Assembly (NCBI GenBank): GCA_025786725.1
Contig: JAHLTZ010000011.1
Span: 248,001-312,000 of the forward strand
Source: Syncephalis fuscata S228
Taxonomy: Eukaryota > Fungi > Zoopagomycota
Length of the DNA stretch: 64,000 nucleotides
Direction: 5' to 3'
The notes beneath the pieces are model-generated. The model ran no database searches, had not been told where the DNA came from, and worked only from the letters and a program-made list of their open reading frames with translations. Of the stretch, positions 1-13,113 are shown piece after piece. The translations under genes and the position numbers were made by a program. Numbering within the stretch: the first letter of the stretch is position 1; each line of letters begins with the position of its first letter.

Positions 1-185
1 TAGCATTGTTTCAAAAATGAAGCATTACTTCTAGTGATTAGAAATGGACATTAGGCCTATATGTGCCATATCTGAGTATATATATATATATTAAAAAATA
101 AGCCATGCGCGTAACAAAAATGAATAAACCATTACACGTTTCCTTTTCACGTATTTTCTTTACCTACCTTGCAATCATTTAGAAA

Positions 186-2321
186 ATGATTAAATCGACC
201 ATCCACACAGTTCTATTATTACTTTATGTTGCTGGCAACATAACAATAATAGCCGAAGCTACGCCTCAATCCAATACCCCATCACCTGGAGCTTTACCAG
301 AACGACGTATTTACAACGCACCAGAAGATGATAGTCTACCGATTTTCAAACTACGCCAATGGACACAGGATGTAAAAGATAAATCCTGGTGCATGACGGC
401 AAGGACACGCGTTAATACGAATGACCAACAATCAGTGTGCAAGAAGAAGAGTGCAATTTAACGGCACCGCGACAATATTTGCAGTTTTGGAAATTGACTG
501 CTAATTCATCACGTTACAAATTTAGATTCCGTGAATCCAATCTTTGTTTAACCGCAGCTGGTAATTTACGTACAGCAGCGACGGGAACAACAGCTGCTGC
601 CACGAATCAGGCAAGAAAACAACAAACCAAAAACCAAAAACAGAGACGTGCTTTGGTGGGTGATTTGTTAGAAGGTGTTTTAAAGGCTCCGACAGGCTTT
701 GATGCTGTTCTTGCCCACGGTGGACATCCAGAATTACAAAAACGTGATTTAGTGGATGGCTAGTAGAAGGCGTTTTAAAGGCTCCGACAGGCTTTGATGC
801 TGTTCTTGCCCATGGTGGACATCCAGAAAGACAAATATCTGAATCCAGATTGGTTAGACGACAAAGCACATCTGCCGCTGCTCCAAATAAAGTTCCCCAC
901 AAACTACTAATTCTAATGGTACAGTGCTGCAGTCAGTAAAGAATCAACGCCTAAACCTACTACTTCAACAGTTGCAGCTGGCAAAAATCCTAAATCCACT
1001 GCTCCAACTACACACTACGCCATCTACGATCCACTACTTCAACAGTTGCAACTGATAAAATCCTAAATCCACTGCTCCAACTAACAGCACTACGTCATCT
1101 ACAATTCCACTACTACTCCATTGCCTTCAGCAAGCGCCACGAGCGGTACTATTGCATTAAGTAGTTGTGTCGACAGTGATACACAGGTATTCCAGTCAAG
1201 ACTTGTTGAAAAGTCTGGACGTAAAAACAAATACTATCAGATTATGTCATCGTCGCTTCAGTTGTGTGTTGCCAGTAGCAGCACTAATGAAGCAGCAATC
1301 ACCTGGTACCGTGCAAAGAAAATGATGATGCACAGCTATGGCTTCTTGAAAATAATGAACTTACCATTAAAGAGATCGACACTACACATACAATTCTTGA
1401 ATATGCCGCAGCCTTCCAATTGAAAGGTTTTGAAGATAAACTTGGATTCCGTCGTGATGGCATTGTTGATGATTTGACGGTTCAAGAAATAGAAGCCATC
1501 GAAACGGCATCTCCTGGTGCCATAGCCGTATTTGAAATGGCCCTTGAACTGGCAGCGGCCATTAAGGCTTATGTTCAGACCATATTTGCCTACCAGCAAT
1601 CGGGTACACCAATTATTTCAAAGCTGATTAACAAGTTCCTTACACCCGATGATTATCCATCAGCCTGGGATAAGATATGGGGAATTGCAACTATGGTGTT
1701 GGGCTATATTCAATTACCAGGTGCAGCGGATGTTGTTAAGTTCGCGCTCATGGATGGTGTCAGCCATGTTACACGAGAAATAAACAAAGATCGTGAAGCA
1801 AAGCCGCCCCCACCGACCGAGTTAATTGCTTGGGATAAATTTGCTCTTGTGCAATGCGATTATACAGCGGATATGCTCTACGCCGGCTTCCGTGAGATAT
1901 TCCAGAAACAGCAAATTGGTCAGCTACGTACAATGCTTGAAGAGTTCCGTGCTGGCAAATACTTTATTAAGAATGATGAGTTCTACCACCAGTATCAAGT
2001 TAATTTTCTTAAGCAGCTTGTTGAGATTAAGGGCGATGGTGGTTTCTGGGTTTCGGTATGCCTCCACAGCGACACTTTCCGATGCACCGGACAATGAGTA
2101 TAGATAAACTGAATAATCATAGCCGTTTCCATAATGGATTCTATACTAGTAATCTACCTGAAGTAGCGGCTGAACACATTTTCATGCTAGGGGAACAAGA
2201 TAATTTCTACGGCGGTAAAGCTGGATGGAAAGCCGAAAGATTCCTTTTTACTTGTCGTGATTCACGTTGCAATGTAAAGCTGCGACTGCCTGTTGGTTCC
2301 AATACACTAGAGCGCGTCTAG
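186..2321 (+). CDS. Secreted ricin-B (beta-trefoil) lectin-like protein with a C-terminal domain of unknown function; broken by several frameshifts in this sequence
   Basis: N-terminal signal peptide MIKSTIHTVLLLLYVAG. Ricin-type segments (WCMTA..ECN..QFWK..LCLTAAG; LSSC..TQVF..LCVAS..PCKENDDAQLWLL in a shifted frame) are spread over consecutive ORFs 186-461, 437-763, 1121-1423, 1420-2097 and 2058-2321. Confidence 0.6.
669..828 (+). repeat. Two ~65-bp near-identical direct repeats (669-733, 764-828) encoding EGVLKAPTGFDAVLAHGGHPE
   Basis: tagaaggYgttttaaaggctccgacaggctttgatgctgttcttgcccaYggtggacatccagaa occurs twice. Confidence 0.9.
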
Positions 2322-3818
2322 CTGACTGTATAAAGTCATACTTGCTATAGCAACTAGTCAATAAACTACTTAATGTCTTTTGACTAAAATACATCCATTG
2401 TTTTATCTATTGCTACACGCCATAATATCTTTTTTGTGCAGGCTGACCATTATTACCATATCTATATGCTGTTTTGCTTAACTAACCTATTGAATAGCTG
2501 TTTTTATTAATTCTATACACGCCAAAGTAACATATAAACCATTTGTAATATTAAGCAATATTAAATTTAATTGATAGTAAAAGAAACTAAATAGACTTGA
2601 CTGTATATTAGTTATAAAGTATTGCTAACATAATTACTATTACTATTTTTATATTATCGTTGATTTTACAACAGTTGTATTTGGTACACAACTTGCAATG
2701 AATAAATTATTACTTTATCCATTGATTTGCAGTACGCTTATTTATGCCAAATATTTAAATAAAGGCCAATTATTAAACACTATTTACTTAAATAATATAT
2801 AAATATATATATAATTAACACTACTAGCAATCATATAATAACAAATACAATGATTATACCTATACTACGCTATAAACATGCGATAATACACGCACGCACG
2901 CGCAATTATCTGCATATCTGTTGGTCTATACTTGTGGCCTCTAACCGCCTTGAGTTGCACCAAAACACGTGAAATATTTTATATGACTGCTTTCTATTAA
3001 ACATGCACTTGTGCATAAGTGATGAGATGGCAAGTGCGCTTGTGCTCATGTTATAAATGATAGCAAAACAACAAAATTAATAGATTAAAGTAATTTAATA
3101 AATACATCCATATTATTATACACGGTCACATATTTACCAGTCAATAAAAAGCAGCCTTATTACTATTATGGATACATGTTAGTCTATCTACAGACATATG
3201 CATGTGTACATATGTACATGAGTGAGTGAGTGCGTGTGGTGGTTGAATGGGTAACTGGGTGGCAGACATGCTGTATTATGTGCGATGTGTGTGTGTGTGT
3301 GTGTGATGTGTATGTACCTATAAATATATAGTTGATATTCTATACATGAACTGCTGCCATTCATAATAGCAACACTAATGCTATTGTTGTTACTGTAACT
3401 ATGTCCACTGTTCTATGGACTCAAAAAAAGGATACCAAAAACACAAGATAAACAACAACTTGGGTCTTTTTTCTTTCCCCGCGGCCATCCCATCTCACAT
3501 TCCACTTTTACTTTGACTCCTTTACTTATTCATATTATTTGCCTGTTACTTCTTTTTCTTTGCACCTACAACGCTTTCCCGGGACTATTGCAACGGCTAA
3601 AGTGGCGTTGGTGTTGTCTGTTGTGTGCACTTTACGCATCTTTATTTAACGTCTTGCTTTATCGTTAGTGCCCTTGCTATCCTACGCACCACAGCATCCT
3701 TTGCATTGTTATTTGTTGTCGTTTATCTCGTTATTGTTTACTCGTAGCAGGTACGCGTAGGCACGCGTAACTGTACAGTCAGTGTACTCTACCTTGTCCA
3801 TCTATCTATCCATGCAAC

Positions 3819-6800
3819 ATGAATGGCTTTAGTAGCACACGTAATCTTCTCGAAAAAGCGGCTGCCGAATATGAAGACGGCAAAAGAAAGGTAAAGTGTT
3901 TAAACACCGCTAAATATATGACAAAAGCCTTTGCTTATTCTATCGTTGGCTATTCTGTTGGTAATATATTATATATTGAATATTGAATATTGTATATTTT
4001 ATATTGTATACTGTGTATTACATACAATATAGGATGCCTATTCCAAATATGTGGCTGCGTTAAATTCGTTGCTATTTAAATTAAGTGGCAATAAAGTGGT
4101 TTTTATCGATAGTGGGGGTAAGTATTATTTAATTAATATTATCACAAATTATAATTACTAACAGTATTTAATATGTAGAAGAGCCTAATGCAAAGGCCAA
4201 AGAACTACTGAAGGATTCCAAATTGCCCACGAATGTTTGTATTATGCCGAAAACGTAATACTGGATCGACCCATCAATTACCGCGAAAAGCAGAGAAAAA
4301 GTCGAAACGTAAAAAGAAACGATCCCGCAAGCGCAGTGGAGAAAATGTCGCAGAAATTAACGAATCTAGCGCAGAAGAACAATCGACTGATAGTGATGCA
4401 TCTAGCAAGCAAAATAATGATTCTGGAGATGAAGAAAACAACGCTCAAAAAGATGCCAAAGATACCGTGGCTGAGCGTGTTCTAGTACGAATCTGTGACG
4501 AACACGATGAAGATGATGAACACACTGTACCGCTAATTCCACTATCGCCACTCTGTCGAATGTATATTGTTAACACGCGCCGTCTTGCCAAGTCTACACG
4601 TGAATTAACGGCTGCCAAAGGATCACGTAAAGATCGTACAAAGTCAGCACCATCACTAACTGTATTACGTCGACTTGATGAAGATATGCGTATTCAGCGT
4701 GCCAAAGTAGATGACGTGACAGCACAAATCACTTCAATCCAAGATAAAACAATGCTAGACTGGGATCCAGATCAACTTGCGCGTCAATGGTGCATTATTG
4801 ATGCTGCTCTATTCTCCAAAGTTGATGTTCGCCGTGATTTACTTACTACGTTGGCCGAGTCAGAGCGGGTGGGCCGAATATTTGGCGATGCAGTAGAGGC
4901 TTGTGTTGACTTTGAACGCTATGTTAACAGTGCCGTGGCTCATTTGTTAATTATTGGCGCGGAAGAGTTCCGTCCTGGAGAAATGGTTATTCGAGTGGCA
5001 CGTACAGCTCATCGACTACTTCATCGATACCGTAATTTGAACGCCTTTGCCGGTTTAATTCGTGCTTTAGTGTGTGCACCAGTCCGTCGTTTGGATCGGG
5101 CCTGGCAGAATGTGCCAAATCGAGTCCGCCGTTTAATCCAAGAATATGCACGTGCCCTTGAACCTGTAACATTGCATCGACGCTATATGATGCTTTTACA
5201 GGAAGCATTAGATGATAGACGTACTGATATGGGCGATAATACGGGTATGGCACTTATTCCATGGATGCGACCTCACTGCGATATGATACGAGCATGGCTA
5301 CGTGCCTATACAACACAGCGTGAAACGCGAATTATGTCTGAATTAGGCATGAAAAAGCTAGATGCCATGCATGCCACACTAGAGGAATGCCAAAAGTATG
5401 CTGGCGGTACAGCTGAGGGTACAACGCCAAGTGCCACTATTGCTACACCCATGAATAGCTTTAGTAAAATTGAAAATCACTCAGTTTCACGAGTTGGCCC
5501 ACGTAGACGTCGTGGATTTGTTGAGCTAGATGGTACACAACGCCATTTACCAGCCATTGGCGATCTAGCTACATTAAGTGACTCTGATATCGGTTTACAG
5601 CACTGGATGTCATCACGTGTTTACCTGACACGAGCCCAGTTATGGGAAGAAAGTATACAGATTAAACCAGCTGGACCAGGAGAACGTATGCCGGCTCGAG
5701 ATGCCTACCGATTCATTGATGATCGTAATAAATACGCTGAAGATGATGTACCAGAATCCGGTGAACGTGGCACTACTGGTAGAAAGCGTGGATTACAAGC
5801 AGAAGCAGAAATCCGTCAAGCGTGGCAAACTACATCAGGCTCGTTGCGAGAACGTCCCGTATCAACCATTGGACAAGTAGAGGCGATTCTATCGCCAAAA
5901 CCAATATTGCCATCGGCCATGGGTCGTACACAAGCCGAAGAAATGGCCGCAGCTATGGCAGATGCCACTGCTAATGCGCATGCCAATGGTGATACTGAAA
6001 CAGCCGTTAATATCGACGGCTCCCTAATGACCGTCAATCAAATGCTGTCATTTTTGGATGAAGAGCCGGCACCATCAGCAGCGGATGTAGCACCATCAGA
6101 CAATGCGTCTATGTTACCTACAGAACCATTTATCGATGATGAAGGTAGAAGTCTAGTTGATATTGCTCGCGAAGAAGTATTAAAACGATTGGGTGCACGA
6201 GGTGGTTTTGAGACTATTCGCAGTGAAGTTGAACGTCTAGCGCTTGACGATACTACTACTACTACGAAGCCAGCCAATGAAGGAGATGAACTACAACGTG
6301 ATATTACGCCTAAACCATCGGATATACATGCCAGTACTTATACCGAATCAGGCGCAGCTACACCAGTGCCTCGTCGTCGCCAACGCCGTCTAGGTGCACG
6401 TACCGCCTATCAAGGCAATCTAAGCGATCCAGAAGATGGATACACAGCAACAAAGACCGGCATAGCCACTGGTACAACAGCAGCCCGTAGTCGACCACAA
6501 ACTATGTTTGCTGAACTAGAACGATTGACACTTAATCGAGAATCAGAAACAGCATGGCTGAACGCATTGGCCCGTCAGGCAAATGAAGAAACAGAACGAG
6601 AGACACGTCACAGTTGATAGAACGTCTTGATCGTGCCGATGAAGCATTACAAAAGGCAAAGACAGGCCAAGTAGATGTAGTTAATGCTGAGACAGCAACT
6701 GTTGCAGTAGAATTAACTGCCACTGAAGAATATCAGCAAATTACTACAACAGATAAATTACATTGCATTACTGATATGCCATCCACACTATCGGCACAAG

Positions 6801-8853
6801 ATGTCACAGCTGCTTCTGCTTTAACACGTCATACACATGTACTATCGGATGCATTATGGACATTGTCACCTGTACCAATGACACCATTACCAAATTCACT
6901 AGGTGCAGAATTATCACGAGTATTTGCTAGTGAATCACCTAATGAAGCTGCTATAGTAAATGTACTGAAACAACAACAACAACAGCAGCAGCAGCAGCAG
7001 TAGCAGTAGCGGTAACAACAGAAATGGTAGCAACAACAGCAACAGCAACAGTATCTGAATTTACAGATATTACATTAATAAATACAGATGTAACTCTAAC
7101 AGAAGCTAGAGAAGAACCAACTGTAGATGAAGCATTATTTGACAACGATATCAATATGAAATGACCACTACAGCAGGAATGTTAGAAGAACTCGACCAAG
7201 TAGCTTCAACAAATTCACTTTATTCAAATAGCGTATTTATAAATGAATATTTACCTACTAAACAAGATGTTACACCACCACCACCAATGACCCCAACAGC
7301 TACTACTACAACGACCGCTGTTGATTCAACTACCGATACTACCATGTCTAATGTTAATATAGCTACTGAAGTGGCCATCGTTACCGCTGCAGGGATTACA
7401 AATAGTAAACAAGAAGATACAAATACTAAAGAAGTAGTATCAACAACAGTAATCACCGAAGAAATAGCTACAACGACTATTAATGACGCCGTCAATTCTG
7501 TCGATACTGGACTTGTAGCAGAACAGCCAAAGAATGACATTATTGTATCAAAACCAGTACCTACAGTACCTACGTACCAACACCAATAATATCAATATCT
7601 ACACCTGCTACAGCTATAATGTATACTGCAACTAACGACAATGATAATGGCATTGATGATGACAGTGTAATAATGTCAGATGAGATTACTGAAGAGGTAT
7701 CATTATTGGTTTCAGAAGATTTATCAGCTATTTATTCTGAATCTGATCGTGGCGATGAAGATGATATGGATGATGACTTGGATGGACTACCGCTTACTAT
7801 ATCGCTTAAGAACTTGCAAGCAGCACAAGGTCTTGACTATTCAGAGTCTGAAGCATCATCAGATGGAGAGGCCATTTCTTTATTGCTTATTCAAGAGAAC
7901 ATTCATTCTTGGAGAGTGACGGTGCCTCTACTCGTGCCTCATCTCCACCTCATGATGTTACACTGTCTATGTTAATGCACCTAACGCAAACTAGCCAAAT
8001 TAGCGAAGTGACACTTGTATCGGATGAAGATACCAGTAATACCAATCGATTACCAACTGGCACTACAACGATATTGGAAGAAGAAGCACTATTTTATTCG
8101 AAAAAACAACCATCGTTACCGTCATTTAATTCAGCGCCACCTCATCACGGTCCATCGATGGGTCATCAACGAGCCCGCTCAGTGGTTACTGAATCTATTC
8201 GACAAAACTATGGTCAACATGCTTATCAACATCATCGATCACAATCTAGTTCAGGTAAAGCGCTTGAAGGTATTACAGTTCATGTAGAAGGTGGCAAGAA
8301 AGTTACCTTCCGTGAACCCAATCCAATGCATCCATCACTAAGAAAGAGTTCAACTGCTACTGTAACCTTTTCACCTACATCAACACCGCCACCACCACCA
8401 CTGCCGGCTATTACATTGCCATTATCATCTGCATCGCCTATTATAGTGCAGAAATCATTACCATCACCACCATTACCATTACCTATACAGCCATTGCAAC
8501 AACAACAACAACAACAGCAACAGCAGCAACATCAACAACGTCCACGTAATACACGTCAATCTTCCCAGCCTTTGGAAGACAACATTATTACAAACAAGAA
8601 TAATCATAACAATAACCATAATAATAATCATGGCAATAATCATGGTAATCATGGTAATAATAATAATAATGGTAATAATAATGGTAATAATCAAAATTCA
8701 CATCGTGGTCGTGGTCGTGGTCGAGGTGGTCGTGGTAATCGTCGTAACAACAACAATAACAGTAACAACAATAACCACCATCATAATCGACGAAATAATC
8801 GTGGACAGCAACAAGGTCAATCAACACATCGTCAAGTGCATGTCGATGGGTAA
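3819..8853 (+). CDS. RasGEF (CDC25-like) domain protein with a short helical, MIT-like N-terminus and a long low-complexity C-terminus
   Basis: Exon 1 MNGFSSTRNLLEKAAAEYEDGKRK, then two introns. ORF 4233-6617 has RasGEF motifs (LDWDPDQLARQWCIID, RNLNAFAGLIRAL..PVRRLDRAW, LIPW). The frame continues through 6614-7003, 7161-7589, 7619-7975 and 7909-8853 via apparent 1-nt indels. Confidence 0.7.
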
Positions 8854-9640
8854 CAAATCGTTACTGAACAAGATAGTATTATTATATTTATATGATATAG
8901 TGCCTTTCTTTATTTTCTTTATAATAAAACACAAAAACAAAGTATTATTATTTATATGTTTGTTTAGTATACTGAATATATAATAGTTGCATAAATATTG
9001 GGAATAAAATAATATTTTGGTCACTTTATTATGAAAAATAATAGTCTATTTGGTAACATGTTTAATTAAATTAAAATAATGGTGTTATGATTCTACTTAA
9101 AGAAATTATAACTTGAATGACCAAGCAGCACTTTATCCTAGTGTTATTGTATAGCGTTAATTTCTAATGCTTATTAACGTCTATAATATAGCATGCTGAT
9201 TAATTAGTATTGATTTAACAATAGGTTTATTTGTCATTAATTACCATAGGTTAACTGCAATACACCGAATAACATACAGCACTAAACAGAGATAAAATAA
9301 AACTAGGAATTTAATATTTCTTTATTGATATGTGTAAATATATTATTTCATACTAAGCACAACTAAGAATAGGATCTAAATACTTTGTATTATTGTATTC
9401 TAAAACAGAGTATCAGTTTGTGTTGCTGTTCATACGTTTAAAACCAGTAATTATTTACTTATCGCATCTTCGTAATAACTGTCAGTTAATGGTAATTGGC
9501 GCTGATATCCAATATTTGTATTATTTTTGTGACTGATTATATGTGATATCAACAGTTTAATTATACGCTGTATTTCTTAGTCATATCATTATAACAATTT
9601 AAATATAAAACAATCACACCAGCGCCATAATAATATGCAA

Positions 9641-10582
9641 CAATATCAAAAAGTAACTCTAATGTAATTAGATGGCAAAAGCAATAGTGATCATTCAATT
9701 AATAAATTGTTAATAAAATTAAGCAGAACTTTACGTACAATGAAGTAAATTGTTTGATATTTTGCACAAGTATGCACATGACATATATATGACTATTGGC
9801 AAACTATAGTGTTATTGTATTGAATAACGATACAATGATTGTGATAACACACTAATAAATGTACAAAAATAGCAGTTTTTTACTGTTTATGGCTTGTATA
9901 CTTAAATACGGCAAAATGATTAGCAGATTTGAGTTCCCCATGCTAAGCTGTACAGACTGGTATGGAATATAGAGCAACGATTTTTACAACAAAAGTTGGT
10001 CAAAAATGTAATTTACGTATTAGCTGACAAAAATTTACATTATATGTAAATACATGGCATAAATCGTCACTGCATATTAATGTTTTTGTACAGTAAATTG
10101 CTATCGTGATTTTTAGCGTTGTAGATTGCTTTGAAGTTAGCTCGTATCAGCTTTCATTTTCTATATTAAAATTTTAAAATCAAAACTTTAATCGCTTTTG
10201 TCAACTAATACGTAAATTACATTTTTGACCAACTTTTGTTGCAAAATCGTTGCTCTATATTCCATACCAGTTTGTACAGCTTAGCATGGGGAACTCGAAT
10301 CTGCTAATCATTTTGCCGTATTTAAGTATACAAGCCATAAACAGTAAAAAACTGCTATTTTTGTACATTTATTAGTGCGTTATCACAATATTGCATGTTA
10401 TGCAATACAATAACACTATAGTTTGCCAATATCATATATATGTCATGTGCATACTTGTGCAAAATATCAAACAATTTACTTCATTGTACGTAAAGTTCTG
10501 CTTAATTTATTAACAATTTATTAATTGAATGATCACTATTGCTTTTGCCACCTAATTACATTAGAGTTACTTTTTGATATTG
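9641..10582. mobile_element. Foldback/MITE-like element: ~390-bp inverted arms (9641-10032 and 10196-10582) around a ~160-bp spacer
   Basis: The arms are reverse complements with few mismatches (caatatcaaaaagtaactctaatgtaatta ... taattacattagagttactttttgatattg). No ORF and no clear TSD. Confidence 0.8.
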
Positions 10583-11664
10583 CTGTATACTGTCATAATG
10601 TCACAGTCTGGATATAGGGCCAAATGTATGAAGCTCTTGGAGATTACTTGATATACATATATTCATATATTTGTACAGCGCCACTCAATATAAATACACA
10701 CATGATCCGCTCATATTATAATAAAGTAGAAATCAATACCTTATTAGTGTTTTATTATATATTTAGTTGTACTATCATGGCAATAGTTTTAAAAATGAAG
10801 CTTTTATACTAATGCTACTATTTTTTAAATTAACTATTTGGCATAGCTGAACTAACTGCAAAGTAGAGCACGTTAGATGCCACATTCAATTTGATTAGTA
10901 AATTGTCATCAGAAGCAATACTTTATATTACTTGTTTAGACGCCGTCGTTGTCGCGCCATATTATTGCAGTTCTAGATCTAACAATTGTAGTTTAGATAA
11001 TCAAGCAACGCTTTATACGAACATTATTATAATGTCAATTTTAAGGTTTACTAATGCTTAACGCATAGAATATAATGTGTTGACTGGTTAATACCATATA
11101 GTTAATAAAATTGTTTTTTATTTGCCATTGAATAGCACAGTTCATCTATAATAGATTAAATAGCTTTGTGTGGTAGTAAGTAGAAATAGAGTGAAACTAG
11201 AAATTGCTTATATTTTTATTGATATTAAATAATGCTATTGTTATATAGTGAAATAGCTAATGATAGAACTTGAATTTTTTGTACTATATATCACTAATGC
11301 AGTGTTATCAGCTTATACAGCTATTCGCATATTTACCACAGACAAATAGATACTCTTCATATATTTGTAATGATTGTTTGTTATAGCAATTACTGCTTAT
11401 ACTCGGCATATATGTACTATTCTTGTGATTGATCATATGATATTTTTAAGCACGCTTTCACAAGATTCTGTCCATAATATCAAAATAGTAACAACAATAA
11501 AATAAAAAATAAACTAAAATGAATTATCCATAAGTTGGCACCATGTATGATACTTGATAAAATATATATTAATCATTAGCTTTAAATAATAAGATAATCG
11601 ATAAGTTTTGACTGGAAAATATTTCAACATGTGCGACTGACGGAGCTTTATTATATGCCATATC

Positions 11665-11792
11665 CAACACCAAGTAATATAAATCAATTGGACACTTCAA
11701 CTGTTTAAAGCAGTGAATCTTTTATATCCACATCTGATATATCGCCGCTTGAAGCTCGATTAACAAAATTAAAGCTTTCTAGGATCGATTAT
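11665..11792 (+). pseudogene. Decayed copy of the 3' coding end of the neighbouring membrane-protein gene (about 14558-14685)
   Basis: gatatatcgccgcttgaagctcga matches gatgcgtcgccgcttgaaactcga, and similarity extends upstream (cacc..gtaatataa, tcaact). Confidence 0.6.
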
Positions 11793-13113
11793 TTAACAAT
11801 TGTAAACACGATTTTGTAAATAAAATAATGTTTTTATTATATCTGTGTATTGTTAAACTGTTTTATAGTTGTGATGTTTGTTAATAAATGTATTATGCTA
11901 ACAATATTAATGTGTAATTTTCATATTAAAAATAGTTCAGAGTCCGTCAGGGACTATCGATTACATACCAATATTATTTATAAAAGTGCAATGAAGATAA
12001 TGTAACTAATATTGTTATACTTCTAACACTTGATTTATTGTAACAAGAAAGCTATTACTACTCAACTTGTTACAAATTAGGAACATTTTATTTATCATTT
12101 GATTTATTTAAAAAACCACTTGATTACATTCGTCGTAATAACTGTTTGCTCGCAACTAAAAAGACATACTGCTATTATTTATCATTAAAATAATTTTAAA
12201 TTTAACTATTATGGTTTGATTCAATTTTTATTTAAACTAATGAACAATTGCTTTATCTTACAAAATGCACTGATGTCTCTTCTTTTTACTTTATCAATTA
12301 TATATCCTGTAATTACAGTTGATTTTTTGATATTAAATAAGCTTTATTCATTACTATCCACTATTTATACTACATTTAGAATTTTACTAGTGACATGTTC
12401 AATGATGCACCAATATTTAGAATAAGTTAAACTATTTTATTATTTCGCTTATTGATTTGCTATAATATATTTATTTCCTATCTTTAAAATATAGCCTATT
12501 AATTGAATAACGACCTTGTAGTTATGATGCAAATATATCTATAATGATGACTTGATTATTAATATCACTTACTACACAGTTTTATTTTCAATAGAACGAA
12601 CGCATAGTTTAATTGCAAACATGACTGACACTATTTACGGTATTGTTTAATTTAAAAACGATATTGCTTTAAGTATTAGAATAATAAGCACATTTTGACT
12701 GTGCAATATTTCACTCAAATTTTACTATTAAAACAGTGCCAAATTGGCTAAGGCAGTAACCGCAACTTATGATACTTTATCAAATATCGTACTGTGTAAC
12801 ATTACACTTATATAAACACATGGTTAATCAATTTTAAAACTTTCTTTGTTCTCGTATGAGCCTTGAAATGCTTAAGCATAATTTGCTATCCTTTCAATGC
12901 AGTAGTCCTTGAGTATTACATGGATCCAAATAAAATTAATCAATGCATTATTGAATGGCTTATTCATCTGATTTATCATTCATTCTATTCCTTTATATTT
13001 ACGTTTAACACTCGTACTATTTTAAGGCTGTTTATTAGAACTAGCAGTTCTGCTTTAATCCAACATCATCAATCCGTATCACTACTAATCATTCACGTTT
13101 ATTACTCAACACC

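Noticed and set aside
8479-9024. Several hydrophobic or Tyr/His/Cys-rich ORFs
   Set aside because: Alternative-frame or antisense translations of AAT/CAT/CAA low-complexity codons in the RasGEF tail.
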